The position numbers and the translations under genes were made by a program. The notes beneath the pieces were generated by a model, which saw nothing but the letters and a program-made list of their open reading frames with translations, was not told where the DNA came from and made no database searches. Shown piece after piece: positions 1 through 10,948 of a stretch of DNA of 64,000 bases (positions are counted from its first letter, which is position 1; every line of letters starts with the position of its first letter). The stretch spans positions 1,543,342 to 1,607,341 of the forward strand of contig CBDBIU010000004.1 in NCBI GenBank assembly GCA_965206025.1, in the 5' to 3' direction. The DNA comes from Bryobacterales bacterium (GTDB taxonomy: Bacteria > Acidobacteriota > Terriglobia > Bryobacterales > UBA6623).

Positions 1-1
1 G

Positions 2-31
2 CGCCGCAAGAAGAAACGGCCGCACAACTGA
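2..31 (+). CDS. 3' end of an upstream gene (RRKKKRPHN*), possibly yidC
   Basis: Short basic open frame ending in TGA just before jag; identity inferred only from the usual yidC-jag-mnmE synteny. Confidence 0.25.
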   Translation, partial: RRKKKRPHN

Positions 32-55
32 CCGCTGGACCCCCTTTCTTCGAAC

Positions 56-562
56 ATGCCCGAGCTGACCTGGACGGTGGACGCTCTGCGCCCGAAAATC
101 GTCGAATTCCTGGACCCCGTCTTGACGGCGTCCGCTCTTGAACTCAGCTTCGACGTTCGCGACGCCGGCCCCCTCCAGAACCCGGACCTTATCTCTCCCG
201 ATTTGATGGTCGCCTTCGAGGGCCCGGACGTCGATTTGTTGCTGGCTTATCGAGGCGAGCTGCTGCTGGCGCTCGAACAACTGACCATGGAGGCTCTCAG
301 GGTTCCGCACGGCGAGCGTTACAGGCTAATATTCGATGCCAACGACTATCGCATGATGCGCATCGAGGAGTTAAGACTCAGTGCCGTCACGGCGGCTGAG
401 AAGGTCAAAAGCGCCGGCGCGCCCTTCCATTTCCACCCCATGACCTCCCGGGAGCGCAGAATCGTTCACTTGGCCCTGCGCGACGACGCGGACGTTACAA
501 CCGTCTCGGAAGGCGTTGCGCCAAACCGGCACGCGGTCGTTTACGCGGCTGAGCGCAAGTGA
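56..562 (+). CDS. jag: Jag/EloR-type RNA-binding protein (KH + R3H)
   Basis: C-terminal R3H signature ERRIVH..L and SEG...RH.VV; lies directly upstream of mnmE. Confidence 0.85.
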   Translation: MPELTWTVDALRPKIVEFLDPVLTASALELSFDVRDAGPLQNPDLISPDLMVAFEGPDVDLLLAYRGELLLALEQLTMEALRVPHGERYRLIFDANDYRMMRIEELRLSAVTAAEKVKSAGAPFHFHPMTSRERRIVHLALRDDADVTTVSEGVAPNRHAVVYAAERK

Positions 563-1010
563 GACGAGCATTGCGCGGAGCGGTCGGAAGTTCGCTGAAT
601 AGCGGGAGCGCTCGCTGGCGTTCGCGGCTCTGATTCGCTCGGCGCGAGTTGCAGCCTTGACCGCAGGCTTCCGCCCGCGGCTCTGAATCGTGCTCGCGCC
701 CTCCTTCGCAGCGTTAGCCGCGAACGTGGTTGCCCGAACAGTTCGGCGTCGACAGTCGGCCGGCCGATCATAGCCAGACAGAGCCGCCGGGCGGAAGCCC
801 GCGGGACCGTGCTCGGGCAGCGCGAATCTGTGCAGTTCTCGCCAAGGGCCCACGCCCTGACGGGCACGGCTCTGTTCGGTGGTTGCCTGCTTTGTCGCGT
901 TCGCGAGCCCGCACCCTGACGGGCGAGGCCCATGCGCTACGCGCCAAGAGTGTTTGACGGGCCGCTCGGAGCGCGGGCTAGCTTTTGAAAGTCGAGGAAC
1001 AGCGACGCCC
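563..1010. repeat. Cluster of REP-like palindromes (BIME-like)
   Basis: 608-643 is the reverse complement of 13816-13853 (about 32/36 identical); further CGGCTCTG and CCCTGACGGGC units lie at about 673-930. Confidence 0.65.
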
Positions 1011-1019
1011 GGGGCGAAA

Positions 1020-2381
1020 TTGACTCCTATCGATCCCCAAGACACGATTGTTGCCGTCTCCACCCCACCGGGCAGAGGCGGGATCGGTGTCGTACGGCTT
1101 TCCGGGACAAAGACTCTCGAGTTGACGGAGAAGCTGGTCTCGACCAAGGCTCCCAAAACGTTCGAGCCGCGCGTCGCTACCCGCGGCGAGCTCGTAGACG
1201 GCGAGGGACGCGGCGTAGACCAAGTGCTGGTCACTTTCTTCCGCGGGCCGAACTCCTACACCGGCGAGGACGTGGCCGAGATCTCTTGCCACGGCTCACC
1301 GGTCGTTTTAGCCTTCGCCGTCGAGCGGGCCATGGAGTTTGGCGCCCGCCTCGCCGAGCCGGGCGAGTTCACCCAGCGCGCTTTCTTCAACGGCCGCATC
1401 GACCTCGCTCAAGCGGAGGCCGTACGGGACTTGATCGAAGCCACCACGGTGTATCAGGCCCGCGTGGCGCTGCAACAGGTCGAGGGGGCGCTGTCTCGCC
1501 GCCTGACCTCGCCGAAGAATCAACTCTGTGAACTGATCGCGCTCCTGGAAGCCGGAATTGACTTTGCCGAAGATGATGTTCCCGTGGCCGCGGACGCCGA
1601 AATTCTGGGGCGCCTTCGGCCGCTGATGGCCGATATCGAGAAGCTGGCCGAGAGCTACCGCTTCGGCAAGGTTGTCCGCGGGGGCATTACGCTTTCCATC
1701 CTAGGGCGCCCGAACGTCGGCAAATCCAGCCTTTTCAACCGCTTGTTGGAACAGGATCGGGCCATCGTCACGGCGACGCCGGGAACGACCCGGGACCAGG
1801 TGAGCGAGACCCTGGTTGTCGAGGGATTGCCCGTCAAGCTTATCGACACGGCCGGAATTCGAGCGACTTCCGACGTCGTGGAAACCAAGGGTGTCGAGAA
1901 GAGCTACGAGGCGCTGGCGGATGCCGACTTGATCCTGGTCGTCCTCGATCTGTCGCAGCCGCTGCAAAATACCGATAGAGAGTTGTTGGCGCGGGAAGGG
2001 AAGGGCTGCCGTAGCCTTGTGGTCGGCAATAAGAGCGACTTGCCCGGGAAAGCGGAGGTCGGCCGACCCTATTTGGCCGTCTCGGCGACGACGGGAGACG
2101 GAATTCCCGAGCTCCGGCGGCAGATCTACCAGCACGCCGTTCCCGACCATAGCGAGGGCGCCGAGGCCGGCTTCATCACCAATATCCGCCACGCGCAGCT
2201 GCTACGGGACTCGCTCGAACAGTTGGAACGCGCCGCGCGAGCCGTCGCCGCCCAAGTGCCTCACGAAATGCTACTGCTTGACCTCTACGCTGCGCTCAAA
2301 CCGATCGATGCCGTCACCGGAGCGACAACTGTCGAGGACATCCTGGACAACATCTTTTCCACCTTCTGCATCGGAAAGTGA
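1020..2381 (+). CDS. mnmE: tRNA modification GTPase MnmE/TrmE
   Basis: [36 protein letters not shown] and terminal FCIGK motifs; probable TTG start at 1020 (the ORF-track start at 879 runs through repeats). Confidence 0.97.
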   Translation: MTPIDPQDTIVAVSTPPGRGGIGVVRLSGTKTLELTEKLVSTKAPKTFEPRVATRGELVDGEGRGVDQVLVTFFRGPNSYTGEDVAEISCHGSPVVLAFAVERAMEFGARLAEPGEFTQRAFFNGRIDLAQAEAVRDLIEATTVYQARVALQQVEGALSRRLTSPKNQLCELIALLEAGIDFAEDDVPVAADAEILGRLRPLMADIEKLAESYRFGKVVRGGITLSILGRPNVGKSSLFNRLLEQDRAIVTATPGTTRDQVSETLVVEGLPVKLIDTAGIRATSDVVETKGVEKSYEALADADLILVVLDLSQPLQNTDRELLAREGKGCRSLVVGNKSDLPGKAEVGRPYLAVSATTGDGIPELRRQIYQHAVPDHSEGAEAGFITNIRHAQLLRDSLEQLERAARAVAAQVPHEMLLLDLYAALKPIDAVTGATTVEDILDNIFSTFCIGK

Positions 2382-2396
2382 CGATACAATGGAGCC

Positions 2397-2642
2397 ATGC
2401 AGGCTGTGGTCTACGTCACGTTGAAGACAACTGTCTTGGATCCCCAGGGGCGAACGATCTGCTCGACGCTGAACGGGCTGGGGCATGAGAGCGTAAAGGA
2501 TGTCCGGCAGGGCAAGTATTTCGAGATCGAAATGGACGACACCGCTTCTGCCGACGAAGCCCGCGAGGAGTTGGAAAAGATCGCCCGGGAAGTTCTCGCC
2601 AACCCCGTCATCGAGGAGTACCGCATTGACTGGAAAGATTAG
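2397..2642 (+). CDS. purS: Phosphoribosylformylglycinamidine synthase subunit PurS
   Basis: VTLK..VLDPQG, VRQGKYFEI and LANPVIE motifs; 81 aa. Confidence 0.95.
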   Translation: MQAVVYVTLKTTVLDPQGRTICSTLNGLGHESVKDVRQGKYFEIEMDDTASADEAREELEKIAREVLANPVIEEYRIDWKD

Positions 2643-2803
2643 CGAGTTCCCGGCAGGACAGGCGCTTGCGGCTCGCGGCGGGGAGGGCCACCAATTTCGA
2701 GCCGTCGAAGAGTCAACAAGTTACGGAGGTATCCGGACGCGAAATCGGCTGACTCCCCCTGCCACCACCCAGTTCCTCCTTTTTGCATCGGAAAGCATCT
2801 AAA

Positions 2804-4663
2804 ATGTGCGGCATCGTAGGCTATATCGGCCCCGGGGAAGCGGTCCCGGTCATCATTGACAGTCTCAAGAGGCTTGAGTATCGCGGCTATGACTCGGCCG
2901 GTCTCGCCGTAGGGGCCGACGGCAGTGAACTGGCGGTGCGCCGGGCCGCGGGGAAACTCCGCAACCTTGAAGAGGCCGTGCGCCTGAACCCGGTCGAGGG
3001 CACCTACGGCATCGGCCACACCCGCTGGGCCACGCACGGCCGGCCGACGGAAGAAAACGCCCACCCGCATCGCGACTCCACGGGCGACATCGTCGTCGTT
3101 CACAACGGCATCATCGAGAACTACCTGGCTCTAAAGGCCGGCCTGGAAAAAGAAGGGCATCGCTTCGTCACCGACACGGATACGGAAATCATTGCCCATC
3201 TGATCGAGAAGTTCAGCCGCGACGGAGAGTCGCTGGAACAAGCCGTGCGCAAAGCGGTGCCTCATCTGCGAGGCGTCTTCGCCATGGCGGCGATCTCCCG
3301 CCGCGACCCGCACAAGATCGTCGCCGCCCGCCGCGGTCCGCCCGCCGTCGTGGGTTTGGGCCGGAACGAGTACTTCGTAGCGTCCGACGTTCCCGCCATC
3401 CTGCACCACACGCGCGACATCTTTTTCCTGGCTGACGGGGACATTGCCATCTTGACGGCGAACGGCGTGCGCCTGACGGACTTCGAGGGCCGCGGGGTCA
3501 ACCGTCCGGTGAAGCATATTCTCTGGGACCCGGTCATGACCGAGAAGGGCGGCTACAAGCACTTCATGCTCAAGGAGATCTTTGAGCAGCCGCGCGCTAT
3601 CCGTGATACCACTCTGGGACGAGTCGGCCGTGAAAGCGGCCGAGTCTTTCTCGACCAGATGGAAATCACGCCCAGCGAGTTCGCCGCCGTCGAACAGGTT
3701 CGCATCGTAGGCTGCGGCACCTCGTGGCACGCCGGGTTGGCGGGGAAGTTCATGATCGAGCGGGTAGCGGGCATACCGGTCGAAGTCGACTATGGCAGCG
3801 AGTTCCGTTACCGCGACCCGATTCTTCCCGACAACACGCTGGCGGTCGTTATCAGCCAGTCCGGCGAGACGGCGGATACTTTGGCCGCTCAGCGCGAAGC
3901 CAACGGCAAGGGGGCCAAGACCCTGGCGATCTGCAATGTCTTGGATTCCATGGTGACTCGAGAGGCCGCCGGCACGATCTACACCCACGCCGGACCGGAG
4001 ATCGGCGTCGCCTCGACCAAGGCCTTCAGCGCGCAACTGACGGCGCTGTTCATTCTGGCTCTACATCTTGGCCAGGCGAGCGACAAGTTGACGACGAAAG
4101 AGTCTCGCCGGCTGGTCCAGGAACTGCTTAGCGTCCCAACAAAGCTGGAAAGCGTGCTGGGTAAAGACAGCGAGTGTGAAGAGCTGGCGCGAAAGTTTTA
4201 CCGGGCGAACGATTTTCTTTTCTTGGGCCGCGGCATTCACTACCCCATCGCCCTCGAGGGCGCGTTAAAGCTCAAGGAGATCTCCTATATTCACGCCGAG
4301 GGTTACCCGGCCGGAGAGATGAAGCACGGCCCCAACGCCCTGATCGACGAGGATCTGCCCGTTGTGATCATCGCCACCCGAGATCCTTCGAGCGAAGCGT
4401 CCCAACTGCGCTACGAGAAGACGCTCGCCAACATCAAGGAAGTCGAAGCCCGGCAGGGCCAGGTTTTAGCCGTCGCCAATCAAGGGGACGAGGCGATCAA
4501 GCAGATCTTGGAACATGTGATCGAGGTTCCGCCGGCCCACGAGCTGCTGCTGCCGATCATCGAAATCGTGCCCCTCCAGCTTCTCGCCTACCACATCGGC
4601 GTACTGCGCGGCTGCGACGTCGACCAGCCACGCAATCTGGCGAAGAGCGTCACCGTGGAGTAG
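2804..4663 (+). CDS. glmS: Glutamine--fructose-6-phosphate aminotransferase
   Basis: MCGIVG start, [46 protein letters not shown]. Confidence 0.98.
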   Translation: MCGIVGYIGPGEAVPVIIDSLKRLEYRGYDSAGLAVGADGSELAVRRAAGKLRNLEEAVRLNPVEGTYGIGHTRWATHGRPTEENAHPHRDSTGDIVVVHNGIIENYLALKAGLEKEGHRFVTDTDTEIIAHLIEKFSRDGESLEQAVRKAVPHLRGVFAMAAISRRDPHKIVAARRGPPAVVGLGRNEYFVASDVPAILHHTRDIFFLADGDIAILTANGVRLTDFEGRGVNRPVKHILWDPVMTEKGGYKHFMLKEIFEQPRAIRDTTLGRVGRESGRVFLDQMEITPSEFAAVEQVRIVGCGTSWHAGLAGKFMIERVAGIPVEVDYGSEFRYRDPILPDNTLAVVISQSGETADTLAAQREANGKGAKTLAICNVLDSMVTREAAGTIYTHAGPEIGVASTKAFSAQLTALFILALHLGQASDKLTTKESRRLVQELLSVPTKLESVLGKDSECEELARKFYRANDFLFLGRGIHYPIALEGALKLKEISYIHAEGYPAGEMKHGPNALIDEDLPVVIIATRDPSSEASQLRYEKTLANIKEVEARQGQVLAVANQGDEAIKQILEHVIEVPPAHELLLPIIEIVPLQLLAYHIGVLRGCDVDQPRNLAKSVTVE

Positions 4664-4828
4664 CGCGCCGCGGGCAGAGTCGTGGCCCTGGGCGTCCGGT
4701 CCGGCCTCGGATCGGCTTCACTCGCCGCACGATTCAGCTCCCGACTTCAGAACGGACGCCTTTGCCGATGTGCCGGCGGTTCGGCATTCCACGTGGAAGC
4801 CGAGCGAACCAAGGAAGGTATAATTTGT

Positions 4829-5029
4829 CTAGCCCGCTTTTCTCACCACGTGGCGAGGCGAAGTGCGTGAGAGGCCCGTCAGTACAAGGCGCGCGCCGCT
4901 CGGCGCCGCATTTCTTGAATAATGCGGGCGTACTTGAACAGTACGTTGAGCACGGCGAGCAAGCGCAACGCAGTCATGGCGGGCTTATCGCGTGCTTCGA
5001 CCGTCAGGTGGTGAGATAAGGCGGGCTAG
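4829..5029. mobile_element. MITE family A, copy 1 (about 200 bp)
   Basis: TIRs CTAGCCCGCTTTTCTCACCAC ... GTGGTGAGATAAGGCGGGCTAG; near-identical copies elsewhere in the window. Confidence 0.85.
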
Positions 5030-5089
5030 TTGCCGTCCGAGGGCCCGCTCGATCCGTCTTCGCCCTGAAGCTGCGGCACAAGCTCTGCG

Positions 5090-6247
5090 TTGACCAACAT
5101 GCCCCCAACCTCGGCTAAGGATAGCGGATTTCCCTATGATCGGATTTACGTTGCCCTTGGCGTACTCATCTTCGCCTGCTGGTCGTGGCTTATCCTCGGA
5201 ACGCTGAGCTTCCCCAAGCGCGGATTTGATTTTCGGGCCTTCTACACCGCCGCTTCACTGCCCCTCGATGAGCTTTACGATTTTGAGACCCAGGCTGTGT
5301 ACCAAAGGGAGCTTTGGAAAGATTGGCCGGAGATCGACAACGTTCTGCCGTCGCCATTCCCCCGGCCGCCTTTCTACGCTCTGCTGCTCAAGCCCTTGGG
5401 GTATCTCGATTATGTGACTGCTCTTCACACCTGGCTCGTGCTCCTGTCGCTGGCGTCGGTGGCGAGCGTGCTCCTGGTGGGAAAACTCTACGGCGGGGGT
5501 CCCGGCATCCTCGTCCTGCTGATCAGCTTCTATCCCTTCTCCACCGCCCTTCGCATGGGTCAGGACTCTCCTCTGGTACTGCTCGCGGCTTTGCTTGCCA
5601 TCCACTTCCTTCGGCGCGGCCGCGAGTGGCTGGCGGCGCTGTGTCTGGCATTCGCCTTCCAAAAGTTCAATATGGTCTTTCTTCTTCCCGTGGCCCTGCT
5701 TTTGCACAAGAAGACCTCATTCCTAGCGAAGCTGGCCACCGTGGTGGCGGGGCTTGCCGCTTTGAGCGTAGCCCTGGTTGGACTGGATGGCGTCTGGGGT
5801 TACTACCATCTCTTGACCCGCGGTTCGCTGGACTTGTTCTTTTGGAATGCCTGGAACCTTCGTGCTCTGGTGTGGCGGTTCGGATGGAACCAGCCGCTCT
5901 ATGTTCTTCTCACGGTCTTGGTTCTGGCCTGGTTGTTTGTGTTGTTGCGGAAGCTGGAGTTTGAAACGGCGTTTTGGATGAGTATATCGGGGGCGCTGAT
6001 CGTTTCCTGGCATTCCTCTGGCTATGAGCACCCGGTCGTGCTGCCCTTGATCTACCTAGCCTGGACTCGGTACCGGGTCTACATGGCCGCTTTTCTACTC
6101 TTTTTCGGACTGTGGCCTCACTTCCACTTCGTAGACCGAATATCTTGGCTGGTGACCCTCACTCTGCTGGCCTTCACCGTCGAATTGTGGTGGAAGGGCC
6201 GTTCTCCGAATGTTCCCCGAGAAGCGCCGGCCGCCCCTTCCGGGTAA
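5090..6247 (+). CDS. Glycosyltransferase family 87 (DUF2029)-like membrane protein
   Basis: Polytopic membrane protein with DF..FY.A, PF..PP, GQ and FQKF motifs typical of GT87. Confidence 0.75.
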   Translation: MTNMPPTSAKDSGFPYDRIYVALGVLIFACWSWLILGTLSFPKRGFDFRAFYTAASLPLDELYDFETQAVYQRELWKDWPEIDNVLPSPFPRPPFYALLLKPLGYLDYVTALHTWLVLLSLASVASVLLVGKLYGGGPGILVLLISFYPFSTALRMGQDSPLVLLAALLAIHFLRRGREWLAALCLAFAFQKFNMVFLLPVALLLHKKTSFLAKLATVVAGLAALSVALVGLDGVWGYYHLLTRGSLDLFFWNAWNLRALVWRFGWNQPLYVLLTVLVLAWLFVLLRKLEFETAFWMSISGALIVSWHSSGYEHPVVLPLIYLAWTRYRVYMAAFLLFFGLWPHFHFVDRISWLVTLTLLAFTVELWWKGRSPNVPREAPAAPSG

Positions 6248-6264
6248 CTCTTGCTTCTTCGTGG

Positions 6265-6464
6265 CTAGCCCGCATTTCTCACCACCTGACGGTCGAAGCA
6301 CGCGATAAGCCCGCCATGACTGCGTTGCGCTTGCTCGCCGTGCTCAACGTACTGTTCAAGTACGCCCGCATCATTCAAGAAATGCGGCGCCGAGCGGCGC
6401 GCGCCTTGTACTGACGGGCATCTCACGCACTTCGTCTTGCCACGTGGTCGGAAAAGCGGGCTGG
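6265..6464. mobile_element. MITE family A, copy 2 (inverted relative to copy 1)
   Basis: CTAGCCCGCATTTCTCACCAC ... GTGGTCGGAAAAGCGGGCTGG; reverse complement of copy 1 with few differences. Confidence 0.85.
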
Positions 6465-6478
6465 ATGGCCTCTAGCCT

Positions 6479-8196
6479 TCACGCAAAATAGATCATCATC
6501 CACAGAGCCAGCCCGCACAGCAGCCAGGCCCACGGCCGTTCGCTGCGCCAGAAGGGCCGTGAGAGTTCGCCGGCCGGATCCGACCGATAGGTCCACCAGG
6601 TGTAGCGCTCCGAACCTTCGTCACGTCGAGTGACTAGCCTTACTACAAGGATTAATGCAGCTCCGAACAGCGCGGTTAGGGCCACTCGGTGCAGAAAATT
6701 CAGTTCTGATCCGAACGTAAGTTGAACCCATTCGGCGATTGCCGGTGGATCAACCATCAAACGGTTGTAGGCCTGCTCAATGAACACCGAGAAGAAGGGC
6801 GAAAGAAGGATAGTCAGGAAGCCGCCGGTCGCCGTCGCCCCCCCCATAGCGCCCCCACCAGGAACGCGACCAGGATCCCCGGCAGAAGGTGTGAAGATTG
6901 ATCGGCCATTCGGAAAAAGAAGTTGTCGCCCTCCGTTTCTGTGAAGGTGACGGCGGCCAACCATCCGGGAATAATGACCAAAATCACAATGCAAACCCGG
7001 CCGACAAGCAGCAATTCCCGTTCGCCGGCCTCGCGCCGAATGTAGCGTTTGTAGAAGTCGAACGTGAGGATGGTCGCACCGGAGTTCATCATCGAGTCAA
7101 GGCTGGAGAGAATCGCACCGATGAGTCCGGCCGCGATGACGCCGGCGAGTCCGTACCCCGCCGGCACGACGAGGCGCACAAGCATGGAAAACGCGTCGTC
7201 AGGCTGAGGGAGCGCCGCCAGCTCTCCGGAATCGACCCGCGCCTGGAACAAATGACCGGCCGCGATTCCGCCGGCAACCGAGAAGAACGGGATGAGTAGC
7301 TTCAGGTAGCCCGCGGCGACGATTCCCATTCTGCCGTCGAAACTAGTGCGGGCGGCCAACGTGCGCTGCACGATGAACTGATTCGTCCCCCAGTAAGAGA
7401 AGTGCAGGATCATCAACCCCGTAAAGATACCGGTCCAGGGAATCTCCGGATGATTCGGCGGCAAGTAGAGGTGAAATTTCTGTTCGGCCGGCGGTAAAGC
7501 CGCGTCTTTCGCCATCAGTCCGGTGAACCCGCCGATCTCGGGCTGCGCGAAGACAAACAGGGCTACAGAAATCCCTGCCATCATCAGCAGCATCGATTGG
7601 ATCGCGTCGGTCCAGATGACTGCTTTCAATCCCCCTACGATCGTGTAACAGGCGGTCACCAGCGCGAAGATCACAATCCCGGTCGTATAGCTGACTTCCA
7701 GGGGCGTGCCGCGCAACAGAAAAAGCATTGACCGTGAACCGATGTAGAAGGCGATGACCATATGGACCAGAACGATGAAGACGAGAATCGTAATGGCGTA
7801 AGCCACGCGGCTCCTCTCGTCGTAGCGACGACCCAGGTATTCCGACAGCGTGTAAATCCCCATGCGCCGATAAAGCGGAAGAAAGACGTAACAGAGCAGC
7901 ATGAGCCCTGCAACAGCCCCAATCTCGAAATGCGCCTGAGCGAAGCCGATCGAGTACCCGATGCCCATCATTCCGACCAAGTGGTTGGCGTTTATGTTCG
8001 TGCCAAAGATCGAGCCCGCCACACCCCACCAGGGCACCCCGCGCCCGGCCAGGAAAAAGTCTTTCGTATCCTTCTCCTTGCGGCCGGTCCACAGACCCAC
8101 GGCCATGATCAAAGCGATGCTGGCCAGAAAAATGCCGATGTCCAGCGTCGTCAGGGTGACCCGCGTCACGCTCTCTACTCCGTCGGTTCCAGCCAT
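6479..8196 (-). pseudogene. Sodium:solute symporter (SSS) with a frameshift in a G8 run at 6838-6845
   Basis: DFFLAGR, NINANHLVGM.G, WTDAIQ, QFIVQR.LAA and SSLDSMMNS motifs in 6814..8196; the expected C-terminal TM segments continue in another frame (ATATGGFLTILLSP...) to 6479. Confidence 0.85.
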
Positions 8197-8512
8197 GTCT
8201 CGCCCTAATACTCGTTAGTTAAGGCCTGTCCAGCCCCGGAGGGGCCTAGCCCGCGGCGGAGGAAAAAGGGGGACTCGAAGAGGTGAAAAAATCGGGGCTG
8301 TCACAAGCGGCGATTTTCTCACCTATTAAAGAAGGGACGTATAATCGATGACGCCTTCCGCAGCGGTTGACCGTCCCCAGGATTTTCTCACATCTTTCTG
8401 CCACCAATTCGCTACGCTTGGTAACCCTCGGGAAAAGCACATGGCCGGAAGCGAATTGGCTGGCTGTACGCGTTTTTTTCAGCATTTTGAGCGTGAAGGG
8501 GTCTTCGACCAA

Positions 8513-9517
8513 CTATTGAACATTGCCGTCCACGAGCTTGCGCACGGTTGGATCGTCGAGGTCAGTCGCGGTAATAATGCGAGCCGGAAATTGAATCGAT
8601 CTTTGCGGCGTTTCGCCGTTTAGTTTTTGGACGACGGTCTCTACGCCCAGGTAGCCGATGCGGAACGTATCCTGTATGAGCAGCGCGTCGATGACCCCGT
8701 CTCGAAGACCCTGCTGCAAGCCGGGGCTGGCGTCAAACCCAACCAGCTTGACTTTGCCCGCCAAGCCGCGGGCGCGCAATGCCCGCGCCGCCCCCAGCGT
8801 AGTCTCCTCCCCTGAACAGAAGAAGCCGTCCAGCTCCGGGTGTGCCGTCAGCATGGTTTCCGCGACGGCCAAGGCGCGAGCCCGATCCGCCATGGCGTAC
8901 TGTTCGGCCACGATCTCGAGTCCGGCGTAGTCTTCCCGGAGCGCTGACTCAAAGGCTCTTTCTCGCTCCCCAATCGAAGAGGCGCCGGGAACATCTCGTA
9001 TGACGGCCACCCTTCCGACTCCACCCAGGAGTTCACTAACGCGGCGGGCGCCCGACAAACCAGCCGCGTGGTTGTCGGTGGCCACAAAGGATACGTATCG
9101 CTCTGTCGCTACTTTCGAATCGAGGATGGTTACGGGGATGCCCAGATCCGCCGCTCGCTCGACTACGCCCGCTAGAGCCATCCTCTCGGTCGGCGAGAGC
9201 ACGATCCCATCTACCCGGCCGTTGATCATGGACTCGACGATCTGAATCTGCCGCGAGAAGTCGGTTTCCTTCGTCGGGCCGTTCCACCGAATCTCGACAT
9301 CGAGATCCCGTCCAGCGGCGAGCACCCCCGCTTGCACGGATCGCCAAAACATGGAGTTCGTTCCTTTGGGCACAACGCCGATGACTCTTCGGCCCCTTCT
9401 CCGGCACGAAACCATTGTCGCCGGGAGCAATGCAATCAGGACACTCAGAAAGGTTCGTCTGCCCGTGGCGCGCCGTAACGTGTAGTGTACCGAGTTGAGT
9501 CGAAGAATCTCGCTCAT
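8513..9517 (-). CDS. Sugar-binding periplasmic protein (RbsB/Peripla_BP_4 type)
   Basis: IGVVPKG...FW..V.AG, VDGIVLSP, VATDN..AG, VGFD, QD.FRIGY; probable start ATG 9517 followed by a signal/lipobox-like segment (MVSC). Confidence 0.85.
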   Translation of the reverse strand: MSEILRLNSVHYTLRRATGRRTFLSVLIALLPATMVSCRRRGRRVIGVVPKGTNSMFWRSVQAGVLAAGRDLDVEIRWNGPTKETDFSRQIQIVESMINGRVDGIVLSPTERMALAGVVERAADLGIPVTILDSKVATERYVSFVATDNHAAGLSGARRVSELLGGVGRVAVIRDVPGASSIGERERAFESALREDYAGLEIVAEQYAMADRARALAVAETMLTAHPELDGFFCSGEETTLGAARALRARGLAGKVKLVGFDASPGLQQGLRDGVIDALLIQDTFRIGYLGVETVVQKLNGETPQRSIQFPARIITATDLDDPTVRKLVDGNVQ

Positions 9518-9664
9518 TCGAGGCTGTCCTACAATTAGATTTGCCCCTAGGATTACACCCTCGGCGGATGCTTGCGTCCTTCGCCGCTCCCGATGGTGGG
9601 AACGGCTCTCGTGCGTATTTTTGGCCAGCGGTCGGCAGCCGTGGAGCAAAGCCTCGCCGTTTGA

Positions 9665-9707
9665 GATGTAGGGGCGCGATTCATCGCGTCCGCTTGCCTT
9701 ACCAACT
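9665..9707 (+). repeat. GTAG-type REP, copy upstream of murB
   Basis: GATGTAGGGGCGCGATTCATCGCGTCC...ACCAACT; direct-repeat partner at 10790. Confidence 0.8.
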
Positions 9708-9761
9708 GTAAGCCGGGCGAGGTAGAACCTCTCGCCCCGAACACTGTGACAGCGGTGAGAA

Positions 9762-10736
9762 ATGCCGGCTGATCTCCTGGCCCGCGCCGTGGCCGCGCTG
9801 GGCGAAATTTCGGGCCTAGCGGTCCGTGAAAAAGTCAGTCTTCGCCACTACACTCGCTTCGGTATCGGGGGCGAGGCCGACCTTTTCGCCGAAACGGCGA
9901 GTCCGGAGGCTTTTGCGGCGGCGGTTGAAGTCTGCCGCGGGCAGCGATTCCCCTACTACGTTCTCGGCGACGGCAGCAACGTCATTGTGTCCGATGAGGG
10001 ATTTCGCGGCCTGATCCTGCGGTTCGTGGCAGACAATCTCGCGCTTGACGGCCGCCAGGTGACCGCGGACGCCGGCGCATCGCTCGAAGCGCTGGTCGAT
10101 TTCACGATCGCCGCCGGCCTGAGGGGCCTGGAAACGCTGGCCCGCATCCCCGGGTCCGTCGGAGCGGCCGTTTACGGGAACGCCGGAGCCTATGGCCATT
10201 CGATCTCCGAGAGCATAGAACAAGTCACCTTCTTCGACGGCGGCAAGGTCCTCGAGATCGACAGCGCCGCCTGCGAATTCGCCTATCGGGGCAGCGTCTT
10301 CAAGCATCACAAAGACTGGGTCATCTTCCAATGCCGGCTGAGGCTCGATCGAGCGGACGCCGGCGACTTGCGAAAAAGAGCCGACGAAATCACCGCCATT
10401 CGGGATGAAAAATTCCCTCCCGCCATGCGCTGCGCCGGCAGTATCTTTAAAAACTTGCACCTCAAGGACCTGCCGGAAGACGTAAGGACCCAAGTCCCCA
10501 AGCAAGTCACTCGGGAGGGCAAGGTTCCCGCCGCCTACTTTCTCGAACAAGTGGGCGCCAAGGGCCTGCGCCGCGGCGGCATCGAGATCGCTTCCTACCA
10601 CGCCAACCTGATCTACAACAAAGGCAATGGCACGGCGACCGAGCTGCGAGGCCTAATCGCCGAGCTGAAGGGCCGCGTCCACGAGCGCTACGGCTTCGAA
10701 GTCGAAGAGGAAGTGCAGTACGTGGGAGAGGTTTAG
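9762..10736 (+). CDS. murB: UDP-N-acetylenolpyruvoylglucosamine reductase
   Basis: YTRFGIGG.A, LGDGSNV, IPGSVGAAVYGNAGAYG, FAYRGS.F, CAGSIFKN, HAN.I.N. Confidence 0.97.
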   Translation: MPADLLARAVAALGEISGLAVREKVSLRHYTRFGIGGEADLFAETASPEAFAAAVEVCRGQRFPYYVLGDGSNVIVSDEGFRGLILRFVADNLALDGRQVTADAGASLEALVDFTIAAGLRGLETLARIPGSVGAAVYGNAGAYGHSISESIEQVTFFDGGKVLEIDSAACEFAYRGSVFKHHKDWVIFQCRLRLDRADAGDLRKRADEITAIRDEKFPPAMRCAGSIFKNLHLKDLPEDVRTQVPKQVTREGKVPAAYFLEQVGAKGLRRGGIEIASYHANLIYNKGNGTATELRGLIAELKGRVHERYGFEVEEEVQYVGEV

Positions 10737-10789
10737 CTCGCTTCTCGCCAGCGCTCGCCAGGAATGAGAGCGAAACGCCCGCCGTTAGG

Positions 10790-10832
10790 GATGTAGGGGC
10801 GCGATTCATCGCGCCCGCCTTCGTCACCAACT
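10790..10832 (+). repeat. GTAG-type REP, copy downstream of murB
   Basis: GATGTAGGGGCGCGATTCATCGCGCCC...ACCAACT. Confidence 0.8.
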
Positions 10833-10911
10833 CTATACCGGCCGATCTGTACAAACTGTTGCCGCGGGCCACGGCCACCGGTCTTGGCCCGACTGCGCGA
10901 CGTGGTGGCCG

Positions 10912-10940
10912 TTGACCGCTTCCGCCCGAGCCGATATACT
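10912..10940 (+). promoter_or_regulatory. Sigma70-type promoter of the his operon
   Basis: TTGACC (10912-10917), 17-nt spacer, TATACT (10935-10940). Confidence 0.75.
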
Positions 10941-10948
10941 GGAGTTTC

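Noticed and set aside
2643-2803. glmS ribozyme upstream of glmS
   Set aside because: No AGCGCC/GACGAGG core or matching helices in the 160-bp spacer.
6316-6414. 32-aa MITE-encoded peptide MTALRLLAVLNVLFKYARIIQEMRRRAARALY as a functional gene
   Set aside because: Open in copies 1-3 but lacks the ATG and is frameshifted in copy 6; the conservation is explained by repeat identity and RNA structure.
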